Origin: Nitrosospira multiformis ATCC 25196
GTDB lineage: Bacteria; Pseudomonadota; Gammaproteobacteria; Burkholderiales; Nitrosomonadaceae
Reading direction: 5' to 3'
Assembly (NCBI RefSeq): GCF_000196355.1
Contig: NC_007614.1
Location: 1,290,001 to 1,322,000 of the forward strand
DNA: 32,000 nt
Below the pieces are notes generated by a model, which was given only the letters and a program-made list of their open reading frames with translations, searched no databases and was not told the DNA's origin. Shown one piece after another: positions 1-9,417 of the stretch (the first letter of the stretch is position 1; the number at the start of each line of letters is the position of its first letter). The translations under genes were made by a program, and so were the position numbers.

Positions 1-141
1 GGAACGCAACAAGCGAGGGGGATATTAAGCGAAGCGTGCTCGACTAATGCACGACATTTGTGAATTTGGCAGGGATGCAGGCAGCGAAAGAATTATGGCA
101 TTTTGCCTCGATTCTTCCGCTGCCTGATGTTCGGGGCTGCC

Positions 142-1605
142 TCAGTTTTCTACTTTTGCAGTTGCGCGCTTGCTGGCGTTTTCCTTGATATAGCTGATAG
201 CCTGAACCAGCAGCAGGTCATCGCTGGAACCGAACTCAGCAGGTGACTCACGCTTCTTGTTCTTGTCTTCCTCGTTCTCGGACTTGACCGGCTTGACTCC
301 CGGTTTTGGCGCGACCTTTGTTTCCGGCACTCCCTTCGCCTCCGTCTCCCGTTTCTGGTCCTCAGCCTTGCCATTGGATAGATGACGATCGAGATCAGCT
401 TCACGCAGGCGCTCGACTTCATCCTTTGCCAATTCATCCATGACATCAGGCGTGATTCCCTTGGCCTGGATGGATTGTCCATTTGGCGTATAGTACCGTG
501 CCGTGGTCAATTTGATAGCTGTGTTGTTTCCCAGCGGTAAAATGGTTTGCACCGAACCTTTACCGAAGGTTTGCGTTCCCATCACGATCGACCGTTTATG
601 ATCCTGCAGCGCGCCGGCAACGATTTCCGAAGCCGAAGCCGAGCCGCCATTTACGAGTGTCACCATCGGTACGGTCTTGATACCCGCTGGGAGCCGCTTG
701 ACGTAGTCGTTCTTCGTATCGCGCAGATAGAACTCGGGACTGGCCTTGAGTTTCATCTTCGCATCTTCGCTACGGCCATCGGTATAGACAACCAGAGAAT
801 CCTCCGGTAAAAAGGCCGCAGATACTGCCACTGCTCCATTCAACAGGCCCCCCGGGTCATTACGCAAGTCCAGCACCAGTCCCTTCATCGAGCCACCGCT
901 TTCCTTGAAAAGCTTATCTATCGCCTTCGCCAGGTTTTCCCCCGTCTGTTCCTGAAACTGGGTGATACGAATATATCCGTAGCCAGGCTCGATCATTTTC
1001 GACTTCACGCTTTGTATCCTGATGACGGCGCGAACCAGTGGGAACACAATCGGCTTGGCCTCGCCCTTGCGCACGACGGTAAGGGTAATAGGCGTATCGG
1101 GCTTGCCGCGCATGCGCTTGATGGCCTCCGTAAGCGAGAGCCCCTTGACCGCGGTATCGTCCAGCTTGATGATAAGATCTCCGGGTTTTATCCCGGCGCG
1201 GAAGGCGGGCGTATCCTCGATAGGAGAAATGACCTTGACAAATCCGTCTTCCATGCTCACTTCGATGCCCAGGCCCCCGAACTCACCCTGAGTGCCAATC
1301 TGCAGCTCCTTGAAAGCATCTGCATCCAGATAGGCGGAATGGGGATCGAGGCCTGTCAGCATGCCATTGATGGCTTCAGTGATGAGCTTTTTGTCTTCTA
1401 CCGGTTCGACGTAATCATTTTTTATCCGGCCGAACACTTCTGTGAAGGCCCGAAGCTCCTCCACCGGAAGGGGATGCAGGACCCCCTGCGGTTCCTTATT
1501 GGCAACAGCAGAAAAATTGAGGCTCAGCATCACGCCGGCGATTGCACCGAAAATGACGAGGCCGAACTGCCGCATTTTGTCGCCCATTAAATATTCTCCA
1601 AACAA
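142..1605 (-). CDS. S41 family C-terminal processing peptidase (CtpA/Prc type) with PDZ domain
   Basis: ORF track; signal-anchor N-terminus, PDZ segment (GGLGIEVSMEDGFVKVISPIEDTPAFRAGIKPGDLI) and S41 catalytic motif (VNGGSASASEIVAGALQD...GTQTFGKGSVQ). The real start may be an internal Met (MGDK.. or MRQFG..). Confidence 0.95.
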   Translation of the reverse strand: MFGEYLMGDKMRQFGLVIFGAIAGVMLSLNFSAVANKEPQGVLHPLPVEELRAFTEVFGRIKNDYVEPVEDKKLITEAINGMLTGLDPHSAYLDADAFKELQIGTQGEFGGLGIEVSMEDGFVKVISPIEDTPAFRAGIKPGDLIIKLDDTAVKGLSLTEAIKRMRGKPDTPITLTVVRKGEAKPIVFPLVRAVIRIQSVKSKMIEPGYGYIRITQFQEQTGENLAKAIDKLFKESGGSMKGLVLDLRNDPGGLLNGAVAVSAAFLPEDSLVVYTDGRSEDAKMKLKASPEFYLRDTKNDYVKRLPAGIKTVPMVTLVNGGSASASEIVAGALQDHKRSIVMGTQTFGKGSVQTILPLGNNTAIKLTTARYYTPNGQSIQAKGITPDVMDELAKDEVERLREADLDRHLSNGKAEDQKRETEAKGVPETKVAPKPGVKPVKSENEEDKNKKRESPAEFGSSDDLLLVQAISYIKENASKRATAKVEN

Positions 1606-1623
1606 GTCAAATTGTTGCTTAGA

Positions 1624-2904
1624 TCATTTTATTCTGACCCAGTTCAAAGGGTCAAACGGTTTGCCCTGATGGCGCAATTCGAAGTATAGGCCGGTATCGG
1701 AATTTCCACTGCTATTGCCTACTGTGGCTATCGTCTCTCCGGCATTGATCACGTCTCCCACCCGCTTATGGACTGCTTCATTATTTCCATAAAGACTCAT
1801 ATAGTTGTCGCCGTGGTCCAGAATCATCAGGTTGCCGAACCCTCTGAGCCAGTCGGCGAATACGACGCGTCCATTTGCAATCGCCTTCACACTCTCGCCG
1901 CCAGCGGCGCGGATGAACAACCCTTTCCAGGTAACGCCACCATCTGCACGTGGACTGCCGAAGCGGTTTGCAAGTTCCCCGCGCACCGGTGAATTCAGGT
2001 GGCCGCGAAGGGAGGAGAAGGACGTTCCATTCGTGAATGGCGTCGCATTCTCAGATAAATCGGGGGAACCGCTGTTGCTGGCAGGAGTAGGGGGTGCGCC
2101 TGGCTCGGAAGGTTTTTCAGATGATTCGAATTTCTTTTTCTTCGCAAGCATCCTGGTAAGTTTTTCCACCAGCCTGGTGAGGCGGTCTTCATTACGCCTG
2201 AGGCGGTTGATTTCGCGCCGCTGCTCTTCGGCTTGCAGTGATATTTCTGCCAGAAGCTTCGCATGGCTGTCTTTTTGTTGTTCGAGCTGTATTTTCTGCT
2301 CAGCGTGGCGTGCATGCACACCCGAGATCTCCGCGCTTTTTTCCCGGCTGGCGAGGCTGAGCGTATTGAGCTTCTCAAGATTCGCACGCAGGCCATCGAT
2401 ACCTTCCTTGCGAGCGCGTGAGAAATATTCGTAATAGTGGAGATTGCGGGCTATTTCATTAGGATTCCGCTGGCTCAACAAGAGACTCAAGTACTCTTTT
2501 CGTCCGCCTCCGGCGATATAGAGCCCGTAAAGCAGGTTCCTCAACTGCAGTTGCTGCGCAGCTATTTCCTTCTTGATCTGGGCCGACTGCGCTTTCAGTT
2601 GACCAAGCTTGCTGTTCGCGGCACGCCGCTGCTTGGCGAGTTCCGCAAGCCTCCGGTTAGCGACATCGATCGCTTTTTCCGATTCGCGCAGCGCTCCCGC
2701 CGCTTCGGATCTGTATCCCTCCGTATCCGTGAGTTCCTTTTCCAGCGTCTCGATCTTGTTTCTCAGTTGTTTCAACTCTTCACTATCGGATGGCTCTGCG
2801 GTCACAGGTGCTTGCCACATCAAGAGTAAGAGCGCACACGCAGGGATAAACGTACGGCAGACCTTGAGCCAGAGATGAATACGGATTGAGGCTGAAATTT
2901 TCAA
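1624..2904 (-). CDS. Murein hydrolase activator EnvC-like protein (coiled coil plus LytM/M23 domain)
   Basis: ORF track; signal peptide, long coiled coil, C-terminal degenerate M23 domain (GLFIRAAGGESVKAIANGRVVFADWLRGFGNLMILDHGDNYMSLYGNN). Confidence 0.92.
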   Translation of the reverse strand: MKISASIRIHLWLKVCRTFIPACALLLLMWQAPVTAEPSDSEELKQLRNKIETLEKELTDTEGYRSEAAGALRESEKAIDVANRRLAELAKQRRAANSKLGQLKAQSAQIKKEIAAQQLQLRNLLYGLYIAGGGRKEYLSLLLSQRNPNEIARNLHYYEYFSRARKEGIDGLRANLEKLNTLSLASREKSAEISGVHARHAEQKIQLEQQKDSHAKLLAEISLQAEEQRREINRLRRNEDRLTRLVEKLTRMLAKKKKFESSEKPSEPGAPPTPASNSGSPDLSENATPFTNGTSFSSLRGHLNSPVRGELANRFGSPRADGGVTWKGLFIRAAGGESVKAIANGRVVFADWLRGFGNLMILDHGDNYMSLYGNNEAVHKRVGDVINAGETIATVGNSSGNSDTGLYFELRHQGKPFDPLNWVRIK

Positions 2905-3047
2905 ACGTATCGAGCGTGAGCAGATCCTACGCCATCAAGCAGTGGGATGAGAAGGAAAAGGCAGCCGGACCAGAAGTCAGAGAGTATGCGTATAAAGAAC
3001 AGGCACGGCAAGTACGGCAATAGGAAAAACAGAGATTAAACCAAAAG

Positions 3048-3803
3048 TTAAAGGTTGGGCAGAATTTTTCCCTGATTCGCGACGACCTGCATGGCCTGCT
3101 CGATTTTTGCCTGGTCTCCGAGATAATAGCTGCGGATTGGTTTCAGGCCGTCGTCAAGCTCATATACGAGCGGAATGCCGGTCGGAATATTGAGCTCCAT
3201 GATTTCCCCTTCGGAAAGGTTGTCAAGATACATGACGAGGGCCCGGAGCGAATTTCCATGCGCGGTGATGAGCACGCTTTTGTCACTTTTGACCTGGGGA
3301 GCAATGCTTTCACGCCAATAGGGCAGAAACCGTGACACGGTATCCTGCAGGCACTCGGTAAGGGGAATATCCTGCTTTGGCAAGTTCCGGTAGCGAGGGT
3401 CGCATCCCGGGTACCGGGGATCATCGGGAGTGAGGGCGGGGGGGCGAATATCGTAACTTCGCCGCCAGATCAATACCTGCTCTTCACCATATGCAACTGC
3501 AGTTTCAAGTTTGTTCAGGCCTTGCAGCGCCCCATAATGACGCTCATTCAGCCGCCACGATGATTCGACGGGAATCCACATCTGATCCATTTCATCCAGC
3601 ACGATCCATAATGTGCGAATGGCGCGCTTCAGTACCGAAGTATAGGCGATATCGAAGGTGAATCCGGCTTCCCGCAGCAGGCGTCCGGAATTGTGGGCCT
3701 CCTCCGCTCCTTTTGGAGTTAAGTCCACGTCTGTCCAGCCCGTAAAGCGATTCTCCTTGTTCCAGGTACTTTCTCCATGTCGCAGGAGAACGAGTTTTTT
3801 CAT
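3048..3803 (-). CDS. gpmA: 2,3-bisphosphoglycerate-dependent phosphoglycerate mutase
   Basis: ORF track; [38 protein letters not shown] and [12 protein letters not shown] motifs. Confidence 0.97.
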   Translation of the reverse strand: MKKLVLLRHGESTWNKENRFTGWTDVDLTPKGAEEAHNSGRLLREAGFTFDIAYTSVLKRAIRTLWIVLDEMDQMWIPVESSWRLNERHYGALQGLNKLETAVAYGEEQVLIWRRSYDIRPPALTPDDPRYPGCDPRYRNLPKQDIPLTECLQDTVSRFLPYWRESIAPQVKSDKSVLITAHGNSLRALVMYLDNLSEGEIMELNIPTGIPLVYELDDGLKPIRSYYLGDQAKIEQAMQVVANQGKILPNL

Positions 3804-4090
3804 GTTCTTGGGTAGATAAGATTTTCCGCGACGGGAAAACTTTAAATTTTACCGTATTTTCGATACTACCGCAGCAGCCTGGCCAACTGTCACCTCTACA
3901 GGACGACTCGCCCGCATCTCCGCTGGACCAGGATTCTTCCACACCTGTTCCGCGGGGGGGCGCAAACGCGAACAAAGACTGAAAAAAGGAACGGAGCGGG
4001 AGAATTCCGTACGCCTTCTGTCTCTGATAGAATAGTTGGATACGAAAGTCAAGGAAACAAGAGACTAAAGAAGGTATTTTTAGGAGATTT

Positions 4091-4120
4091 GGTGTGTCAT
4101 CATTCGGTGTGTCATCATTC
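4091..4120 (+). repeat. Perfect 15-bp tandem duplication including the start codon
   Basis: ggtgtgtcatcattc x2 (4091-4105, 4106-4120). Confidence 0.95.
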
Positions 4121-4519
4121 GTGCAGAATAACATTGCCCTGATTGTTGCTGCTGTGGCGAGCGGTATCCTGCTGTTATGGCCGGTGATTTCGCGGCGTGG
4201 CAAGGAAGTGGATACGATGGCAGCGGTACAGCTCATCAATTACAAGGAGGCGCTGGTGCTGGATGTACGCGAAGGGAGCGAATATGCGTCGGGGCATGTT
4301 CCCAATTCAAAGCATATTCCAGCCGACAAGCTCGAACAGCGGTTGCAGGAGTTGGATAAATTCAAGGACAAGCCGGTGATATTGATCCATCGCAGTGGAG
4401 CCAATACCAGCGGGAAGGCGGGTTCCCTTCTGAGGAACCAGGGTTTCCAGCACGTGCACAACCTTGCAGGTGGTTTTGATTCCTGGCAGCAGGCCAATTT
4501 GCCGGTAATAAAAAAATGA
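4094..4519 (+). CDS. Membrane-anchored rhodanese-like domain protein
   Basis: ORF track; N-terminal TM segment then rhodanese fold (ALVLDVREGSEYASGHVPNSKHIPADKL...). The usual active-site Cys loop reads ILIHRSGANTSGKAG, with Arg-Ser where Cys is expected. GTG start at 4094 or 4109. Confidence 0.9.
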   Translation: MSSFGVSSFVQNNIALIVAAVASGILLLWPVISRRGKEVDTMAAVQLINYKEALVLDVREGSEYASGHVPNSKHIPADKLEQRLQELDKFKDKPVILIHRSGANTSGKAGSLLRNQGFQHVHNLAGGFDSWQQANLPVIKK

Positions 4520-4785
4520 GCGAGGGATCTGCAAAGGTATTGATGTATTCCACCGGTTTCTGCCCGTATTGTGTCATGGCGGAACGGTTGCTGCGAGCCA
4601 GGGGCGTGGAGGAAATAGAAAAAATACGGGTGGATCTTGAACCCGCACGCCGGGCGGAGATGATGGAGAAAACCGGACGTCGCACGGTTCCACAGATCTA
4701 CATTGGCGATACGCATGTAGGCGGTTACGACGATCTGGCGAGGCTCGACCGCAATGAAGGGCTGGCAAAGCTCCTCGCAATATGA
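4516..4785 (+). CDS. grxC: Glutaredoxin 3
   Basis: ORF track; FCPYCVMAERLL active site, GRRTVPQIYIGDTHVGGYDDL. Overlaps the upstream stop (ATGA). Confidence 0.95.
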   Translation: MSEGSAKVLMYSTGFCPYCVMAERLLRARGVEEIEKIRVDLEPARRAEMMEKTGRRTVPQIYIGDTHVGGYDDLARLDRNEGLAKLLAI

Positions 4786-4924
4786 GCTGCCTCTCGAAAA
4801 GGGTGAGGCGGCGAGGGGGGTCGCAGCAGATTTGAGCAGATGGGAATACCTTTTGTGAACAATTTTATTTCCGGGGATGATGATTTCGGATTAATGTTCA
4901 CCTGGTTCATAGTTTTATCATTCT

Positions 4925-5416
4925 TTGGAACCCGACATGAGCGATGAGCAGCAGCAACCGGTTTTCAGCATCGAAAAGGTCTATGTCAAAGACCTTTCTG
5001 TTGAAATACCAAACGCGCCCAGAATATACCTGGAGCGCGAGACACCTGAAGTGAACATCCAACTGCACAGCAAGAGCGAGCGCATCGATGAAACCTTGTA
5101 TGAGGTCGTGCTGACAACGACCGTCACCGCAAAAATCAAGGACAAGACGATGTTTCTGGTGGAGATACAGCAAGGAGGTGTTTTTCAGATTCGTCATGTT
5201 CCGGAAGCTGAAATGGAGCTTGTGCTCGGTATTGCATGCCCAAATATTCTCTTCCCCTATCTGCGCGAGGCAGTTTCGGATACTGTAACGCGCGCGGGAT
5301 TTCATCCGGTCATTTTGAATCCGGTGAATTTCGAGGCACTTTACTACCAGAGAAAGCAGCAGACGGAGAATTCGGCGGCGCCGCAGACTCCGGAGACACA
5401 GCAAATCACGCATTAG
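4925..5416 (+). CDS. secB: Protein-export chaperone SecB
   Basis: ORF track; FSIEKVYVKDLSVEIPNAPRIYLE, CPNILFPYLREAVSDTVTRAGFHPVILNPVNFEALY. Confidence 0.97.
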   Translation: MEPDMSDEQQQPVFSIEKVYVKDLSVEIPNAPRIYLERETPEVNIQLHSKSERIDETLYEVVLTTTVTAKIKDKTMFLVEIQQGGVFQIRHVPEAEMELVLGIACPNILFPYLREAVSDTVTRAGFHPVILNPVNFEALYYQRKQQTENSAAPQTPETQQITH

Positions 5417-5423
5417 AATAAAG

Positions 5424-5912
5424 ATGAGGCGTGTGCGCGGTTCATCGCTGAAAATATCCTCCTTGCTGAGCCGGGGACTGGCCATCCTCGGAATGACGGT
5501 GTCGATGTTTCCATCGCTCGCCATTGCGGCGCTGGAGTTTTATTCGATCAATGACAATGGGGTCATCATGTATGACGCCCCATCACTCAAGGCGGGGAAG
5601 GTCTATGTGGCCAGCCGCAATCTGCCTGTTGAGGCTATCGTAAAAGTCGACGGATGGGTAAAGGTTCGCGACAGTGAAGGAGCGCTCGCCTGGGTAGAAG
5701 AAAAAGCCCTGAGCGAGAAGCGCCATATCCTCGTTACCTCACCGCTGGCGGATGTCTATCAGGTAGCAACTATCAATTCGCCCCTGATGTTCCAGGTACA
5801 GCAAGGTGTAATCCTGGAGTGGCTTGAGCCCCCGGCCAACGGATGGGTGAGGGTGCGGCATCGCGACGGTCAAACCGGGTACGTCAGGACCAGTCAGGTC
5901 TGGGGTTCATGA
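5424..5912 (+). CDS. Exported bacterial SH3-domain protein
   Basis: ORF track; signal peptide then two SH3b-like segments (KVDGWVKVRDSEGALAWVEEKAL and ANGWVRVRHRDGQTGYVRTSQVWG). Confidence 0.88.
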   Translation: MRRVRGSSLKISSLLSRGLAILGMTVSMFPSLAIAALEFYSINDNGVIMYDAPSLKAGKVYVASRNLPVEAIVKVDGWVKVRDSEGALAWVEEKALSEKRHILVTSPLADVYQVATINSPLMFQVQQGVILEWLEPPANGWVRVRHRDGQTGYVRTSQVWGS

Positions 5913-6910
5913 GAATAGCGGTGATGGGAGCCGGCGCATGGGGCACCGCGCTGGCTCTCAGTCTTTGTGCAAGCACCGCCTCTTCCCATCAGGTGACATT
6001 ATGGACACGCAGCCGCCAACATCTGGCCGATCTCGTTTCACAGCGTATCAATCGCCGCTATTTTTCCGCTTTTCCCTTACCGGCATCATTGCGGTTGACC
6101 GCAGGGCTCGAAGAGGCTGTCGAGGACGCCGAACTCGCCCTGATCGTTGTGCCGGTTTCCGGTTTGCGCGAAACTTTGCGGGAAATTGCAGCAAGCGGGA
6201 AGAAGATCCCTGTCATCTGGGGATGCAAGGGATTTGAATCGCAATCGGCAAAGCTGCCGCATCAGGTGGCCGAGGAGGAGTATGCCGGAGCCGCGCCATA
6301 TGGCGTTCTATCGGGTCCCAGTTTTGCGCTTGAAATCGCGCAAGGCTTGCCCGCGGCCTTGACTCTTGCCTCCAGGGATGGGGAATTCGCACGAGAGGTA
6401 GCGGCGCAACTGCACGCTCCGCGGCTGCGGGTTTATTCTTGTACCGATGTAGTGGGTGTGGAAACGGGGGGCGCAGTCAAGAACGTCATATCGATTGCCG
6501 CAGGCATTTGCGACGGCATGGGATTCGGGTCCAACGCCCGGGCGGCCTTGATCACCCGTGGCCTTGCGGAAATTACCCGATTGGGTTTAAAACTGGGGGG
6601 ACGCATGGAGACCTTCCTGGGTTTGACCGGGGTGGGTGATCTGATATTGACCTGCACTGGGGATTTGTCGCGCAATCGCCGGGTTGGGCTGGCACTCGCG
6701 GCGGGTCGCTCCCTCCCCGACATTCTGCAGGAACTGGGGCATATCGCCGAAGGTGTCCACACCGCCCGGGAGGTATTGCGATTAAGTCACCTGCTGGGCA
6801 TTGAAATGCCGATCACAAAGGGGGTTTGCAGTATACTGGATGACGGTGTTCCGGCTGGGCAGGCAGTAGAAGCGTTGCTCAATCGTGAACCGAAATCGGA
6901 AATCTATTGA
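5909..6910 (+). CDS. gpsA: NAD(P)H-dependent glycerol-3-phosphate dehydrogenase
   Basis: Start set to ATG 5909 inside the ORF at 5843..6910 (MRIAVMGAGAWGTALAL); GLTGVGDLILTCTGDLSRNRRVG motif; 4-nt overlap with the upstream stop. Confidence 0.96.
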   Translation: MRIAVMGAGAWGTALALSLCASTASSHQVTLWTRSRQHLADLVSQRINRRYFSAFPLPASLRLTAGLEEAVEDAELALIVVPVSGLRETLREIAASGKKIPVIWGCKGFESQSAKLPHQVAEEEYAGAAPYGVLSGPSFALEIAQGLPAALTLASRDGEFAREVAAQLHAPRLRVYSCTDVVGVETGGAVKNVISIAAGICDGMGFGSNARAALITRGLAEITRLGLKLGGRMETFLGLTGVGDLILTCTGDLSRNRRVGLALAAGRSLPDILQELGHIAEGVHTAREVLRLSHLLGIEMPITKGVCSILDDGVPAGQAVEALLNREPKSEIY

Positions 6911-6965
6911 GCGGATCGAAAGACATAGAGAAGACAGTACCTCAACACATTCAACTCCTCCGGCG

Positions 6966-7427
6966 CTATGCGAATCCCGTCTGGCGCCATGCCTCATAGA
7001 CTATCACCGCAACGGCATTCGATAGATTGAGACTGCGGCTTCCCGCTGCCATCGGTACGCGAAGGCGGTGCTGCTCAGGGAAATTTTCCAGTAGATCAGT
7101 TGGCAGGCCGCGGCTTTCAGGGCCGAAAAGAAAGGCGTCACCAGGCGAATAGGTAACAAGGTCATAGCGTTGTTTTCCCTTGGTGGAAATTGCAAAAAAG
7201 CGTCTGTCCCTGTCCCCGAGCTCGTCCATACATTCTACCCAGTCTGCATGCACCGTGATACTGGCAAACTCGTGATAATCCAGTCCGGCACGAAGCAGTA
7301 GTTTGTCTTCCAGGGTAAAGCCGAGGGGCTTGACCAGATGTAAGCGGATGCCTGTATTAGCGCAAAGGCGAATGATATTGCCGGTATTGGGTGGAATCTC
7401 GGGTTGATACAGAATTACGTCGAACAT
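6966..7427 (-). CDS. trmL: tRNA (cytidine(34)-2'-O)-methyltransferase (SPOUT family)
   Basis: ORF track; MFDVILYQPEIPPNTGNIIRLCANTG, FGPESRGLP, RSLNLSNAVAVIVYEAWRQ. Confidence 0.95.
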   Translation of the reverse strand: MFDVILYQPEIPPNTGNIIRLCANTGIRLHLVKPLGFTLEDKLLLRAGLDYHEFASITVHADWVECMDELGDRDRRFFAISTKGKQRYDLVTYSPGDAFLFGPESRGLPTDLLENFPEQHRLRVPMAAGSRSLNLSNAVAVIVYEAWRQTGFA

Positions 7428-7447
7428 ATTGATTCTGTCTTACATGT

Positions 7448-7473
7448 TGTTTTTATGGAATGTTTTTATGGAG
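7448..7473 (-). repeat. 13-bp tandem duplication across the comF stop codon
   Basis: tgtttttatggaa / tgtttttatggag, 12/13 identical. Confidence 0.9.
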
Positions 7474-8185
7474 TGCCGGGAAGCGTGCGTGCGACTACCC
7501 ACGCGCTGATATGAACGGCGCCGCATTTACGCAGTACTCTGGCCAACTCGTTCAACGTTGCGCCCGTGGTCATTACATCATCGACGATTGCAATATGCTT
7601 TCCGTCTAAGTTCTCCTCGCAGTCAAACGCATTTCGAATATTTTTTTCTCGCTCCTTCCACGGAAGCCGGGTCTGGGAAGCCGTATCCCTGACGCGACGA
7701 CATAGCGCGGGCAGCAGGGGAACATCCAGTTTTTTCGATATCTGCCGGCCTATCTCCATCGCCTGGTTGAAACCCCGTTCCCGCAATCTTACCGCGTGTA
7801 ATGGCATCGGGACGATGAAATCCGGTAATACAGCCTTGTCGATCTGCGCCAGCAGCAAATCTGCCAGGACCGGTGCCAAGGCAAGATTAGTCCGGTATTT
7901 GAGTGAGTGGAGAAGCGCATCGATCGGAAAGGCATAATTTACAGCGGCGAGCGTAAGATCAAAGGCCGGGGGATGAGCAAGGCAGGCACCGCAGACACGG
8001 GCTTCCTCCATGGGTAACGCGCAAACCGGGCAGTGAGGGCCTGAAATATGAGGCAGGCTGTCCCGGCAAGGCGTGCAAAGGTCTTCAGTAGCGGCGCTTC
8101 CACAGAGGAAGCAATTTCTCCCGAATAACAACTGCACTATTTTTAAGCGATAGTTCAAAAAAATCGAGCAAAAAATTGACAACAA
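7466..8185 (-). CDS. ComF family protein (phosphoribosyltransferase-like)
   Basis: ORF track; zinc-finger Cys pairs (CFLCGS...CTPC, CPVCALP...CGAC) and PRPP motif HIAIVDDVMTTGATLNELA. Confidence 0.94.
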   Translation of the reverse strand: MLSIFCSIFLNYRLKIVQLLFGRNCFLCGSAATEDLCTPCRDSLPHISGPHCPVCALPMEEARVCGACLAHPPAFDLTLAAVNYAFPIDALLHSLKYRTNLALAPVLADLLLAQIDKAVLPDFIVPMPLHAVRLRERGFNQAMEIGRQISKKLDVPLLPALCRRVRDTASQTRLPWKEREKNIRNAFDCEENLDGKHIAIVDDVMTTGATLNELARVLRKCGAVHISAWVVARTLPGTP

Positions 8186-8232
8186 CGGCGCAATTTGTGA
8201 TTATGCCATTCGCTACTAAAGACGAGGCGGGA

Positions 8233-8258
8233 AAATGAGAGCCATTTGGCTTTCATTT
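8233..8258 (+). promoter_or_regulatory. Hairpin in the bioB leader
   Basis: aaatgagagcc-attt-ggctttcattt, 11-bp stem with one G-T pair. Confidence 0.55.
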
Positions 8259-8314
8259 CGTTTATCGTGAACAGGGTTCAGACAAATCGATTGTCAAACA
8301 TTGAAGGGTAGGAT

Positions 8315-9343
8315 ATGAGCCAATCAGCTTCCGGTATCGTCAACATTGAAACGTCTTCGGGCGGAGCAGTCGACAGTTTCGCTGACAAACTTTCCGGCAT
8401 CAGTGCTGATTTTCGGCGGTGGGACGTTCGCCGCGTCGAAGCGTTGCTCGATCTGCCGTTCAGCGATCTGATTCATCGGGCGCAACTGGTTCATCGTCAA
8501 TATCACGATCCCAACGGAGTGCAACTTTCCACACTGATTTCCGTCAAGACCGGGGGGTGTCCTGAGGATTGCGGATATTGTCCGCAGGCGGCGCGCTATC
8601 ATACGAATGTGGAAAATCAGGACATGCTCACGGTTGAAGACGTGATAGCAGCAGCGGCAGCCGCCAAAGCGCAGGGGGCCACGCGGTTTTGCATGGGCGC
8701 AGCGTGGCGCGGTCCCAAGGAGCGGGATATGAAAAGCGTGGTGGAAATGGTGAGGGCTGTAAAAGCGTTGGGGCTTGAAGCGTGCACGACGTTGGGCATG
8801 TTGAAGCCGGGACAGGCGGAACAGCTCCAAGAGGCGGGTCTCGACTATTACAACCATAACCTCGATACGTCACCCGAATTTTACGGGGAGATCATTACAA
8901 CCCGCGATTACGAGGATCGGCTCGACACCTTGCAAAAGGTTCGTCATGCGGGTATCAATGTGTGCTGTGGAGGCATTGTGGGCATGGGCGAATCGCGTCG
9001 CGCCCGGGCTGGACTCATCGCCCAGTTGGCTAATCTCGATCCTTATCCCGAGTCCGTTCCCATCAACCATCTGGTGCAGGTCGAAGGCACGCCGCTTCAC
9101 GGGACAGAGGCGCTGGATCCTCTGGAATTCGTGCGCACGATTGCGGCTGCGCGCATTACCATGCCGAAGGCAATGGTAAGGTTATCAGCCGGCAGGAGAG
9201 AAATGCCGGATGCAGTGCAGGCACTGTGTTTTCTCGCTGGCGCCAATTCCATTTTTTACGGCGATAAGCTGCTTACTACCGGCAATCCTGAAGCCGAACG
9301 GGATAAAGCGTTATTTGACAGGCTGGGGCTGCATTCCATATAG
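8315..9343 (+). CDS. bioB: Biotin synthase
   Basis: ORF track; radical SAM CxxxCxxC ([11 protein letters not shown]), [31 protein letters not shown]. Confidence 0.98.
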
Positions 9344-9417
9344 CAGCTTTTCACCTCGATCTTCTTTATTTTCCACTACCCTGCGGCAAATGATCTTATC
9401 GGGCAACCTCTGCTCGT

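Noticed and set aside
1012-1590. 192-aa + strand ORF antisense to the S41 protease
   Set aside because: Histidine/arginine-rich shadow translation, no family features; same reasoning for 547..810 and 1805..2434.
3592-4239. 215-aa minus-strand ORF between gpmA and the rhodanese gene
   Set aside because: Overlaps both real genes; composition looks like non-coding/antisense translation.
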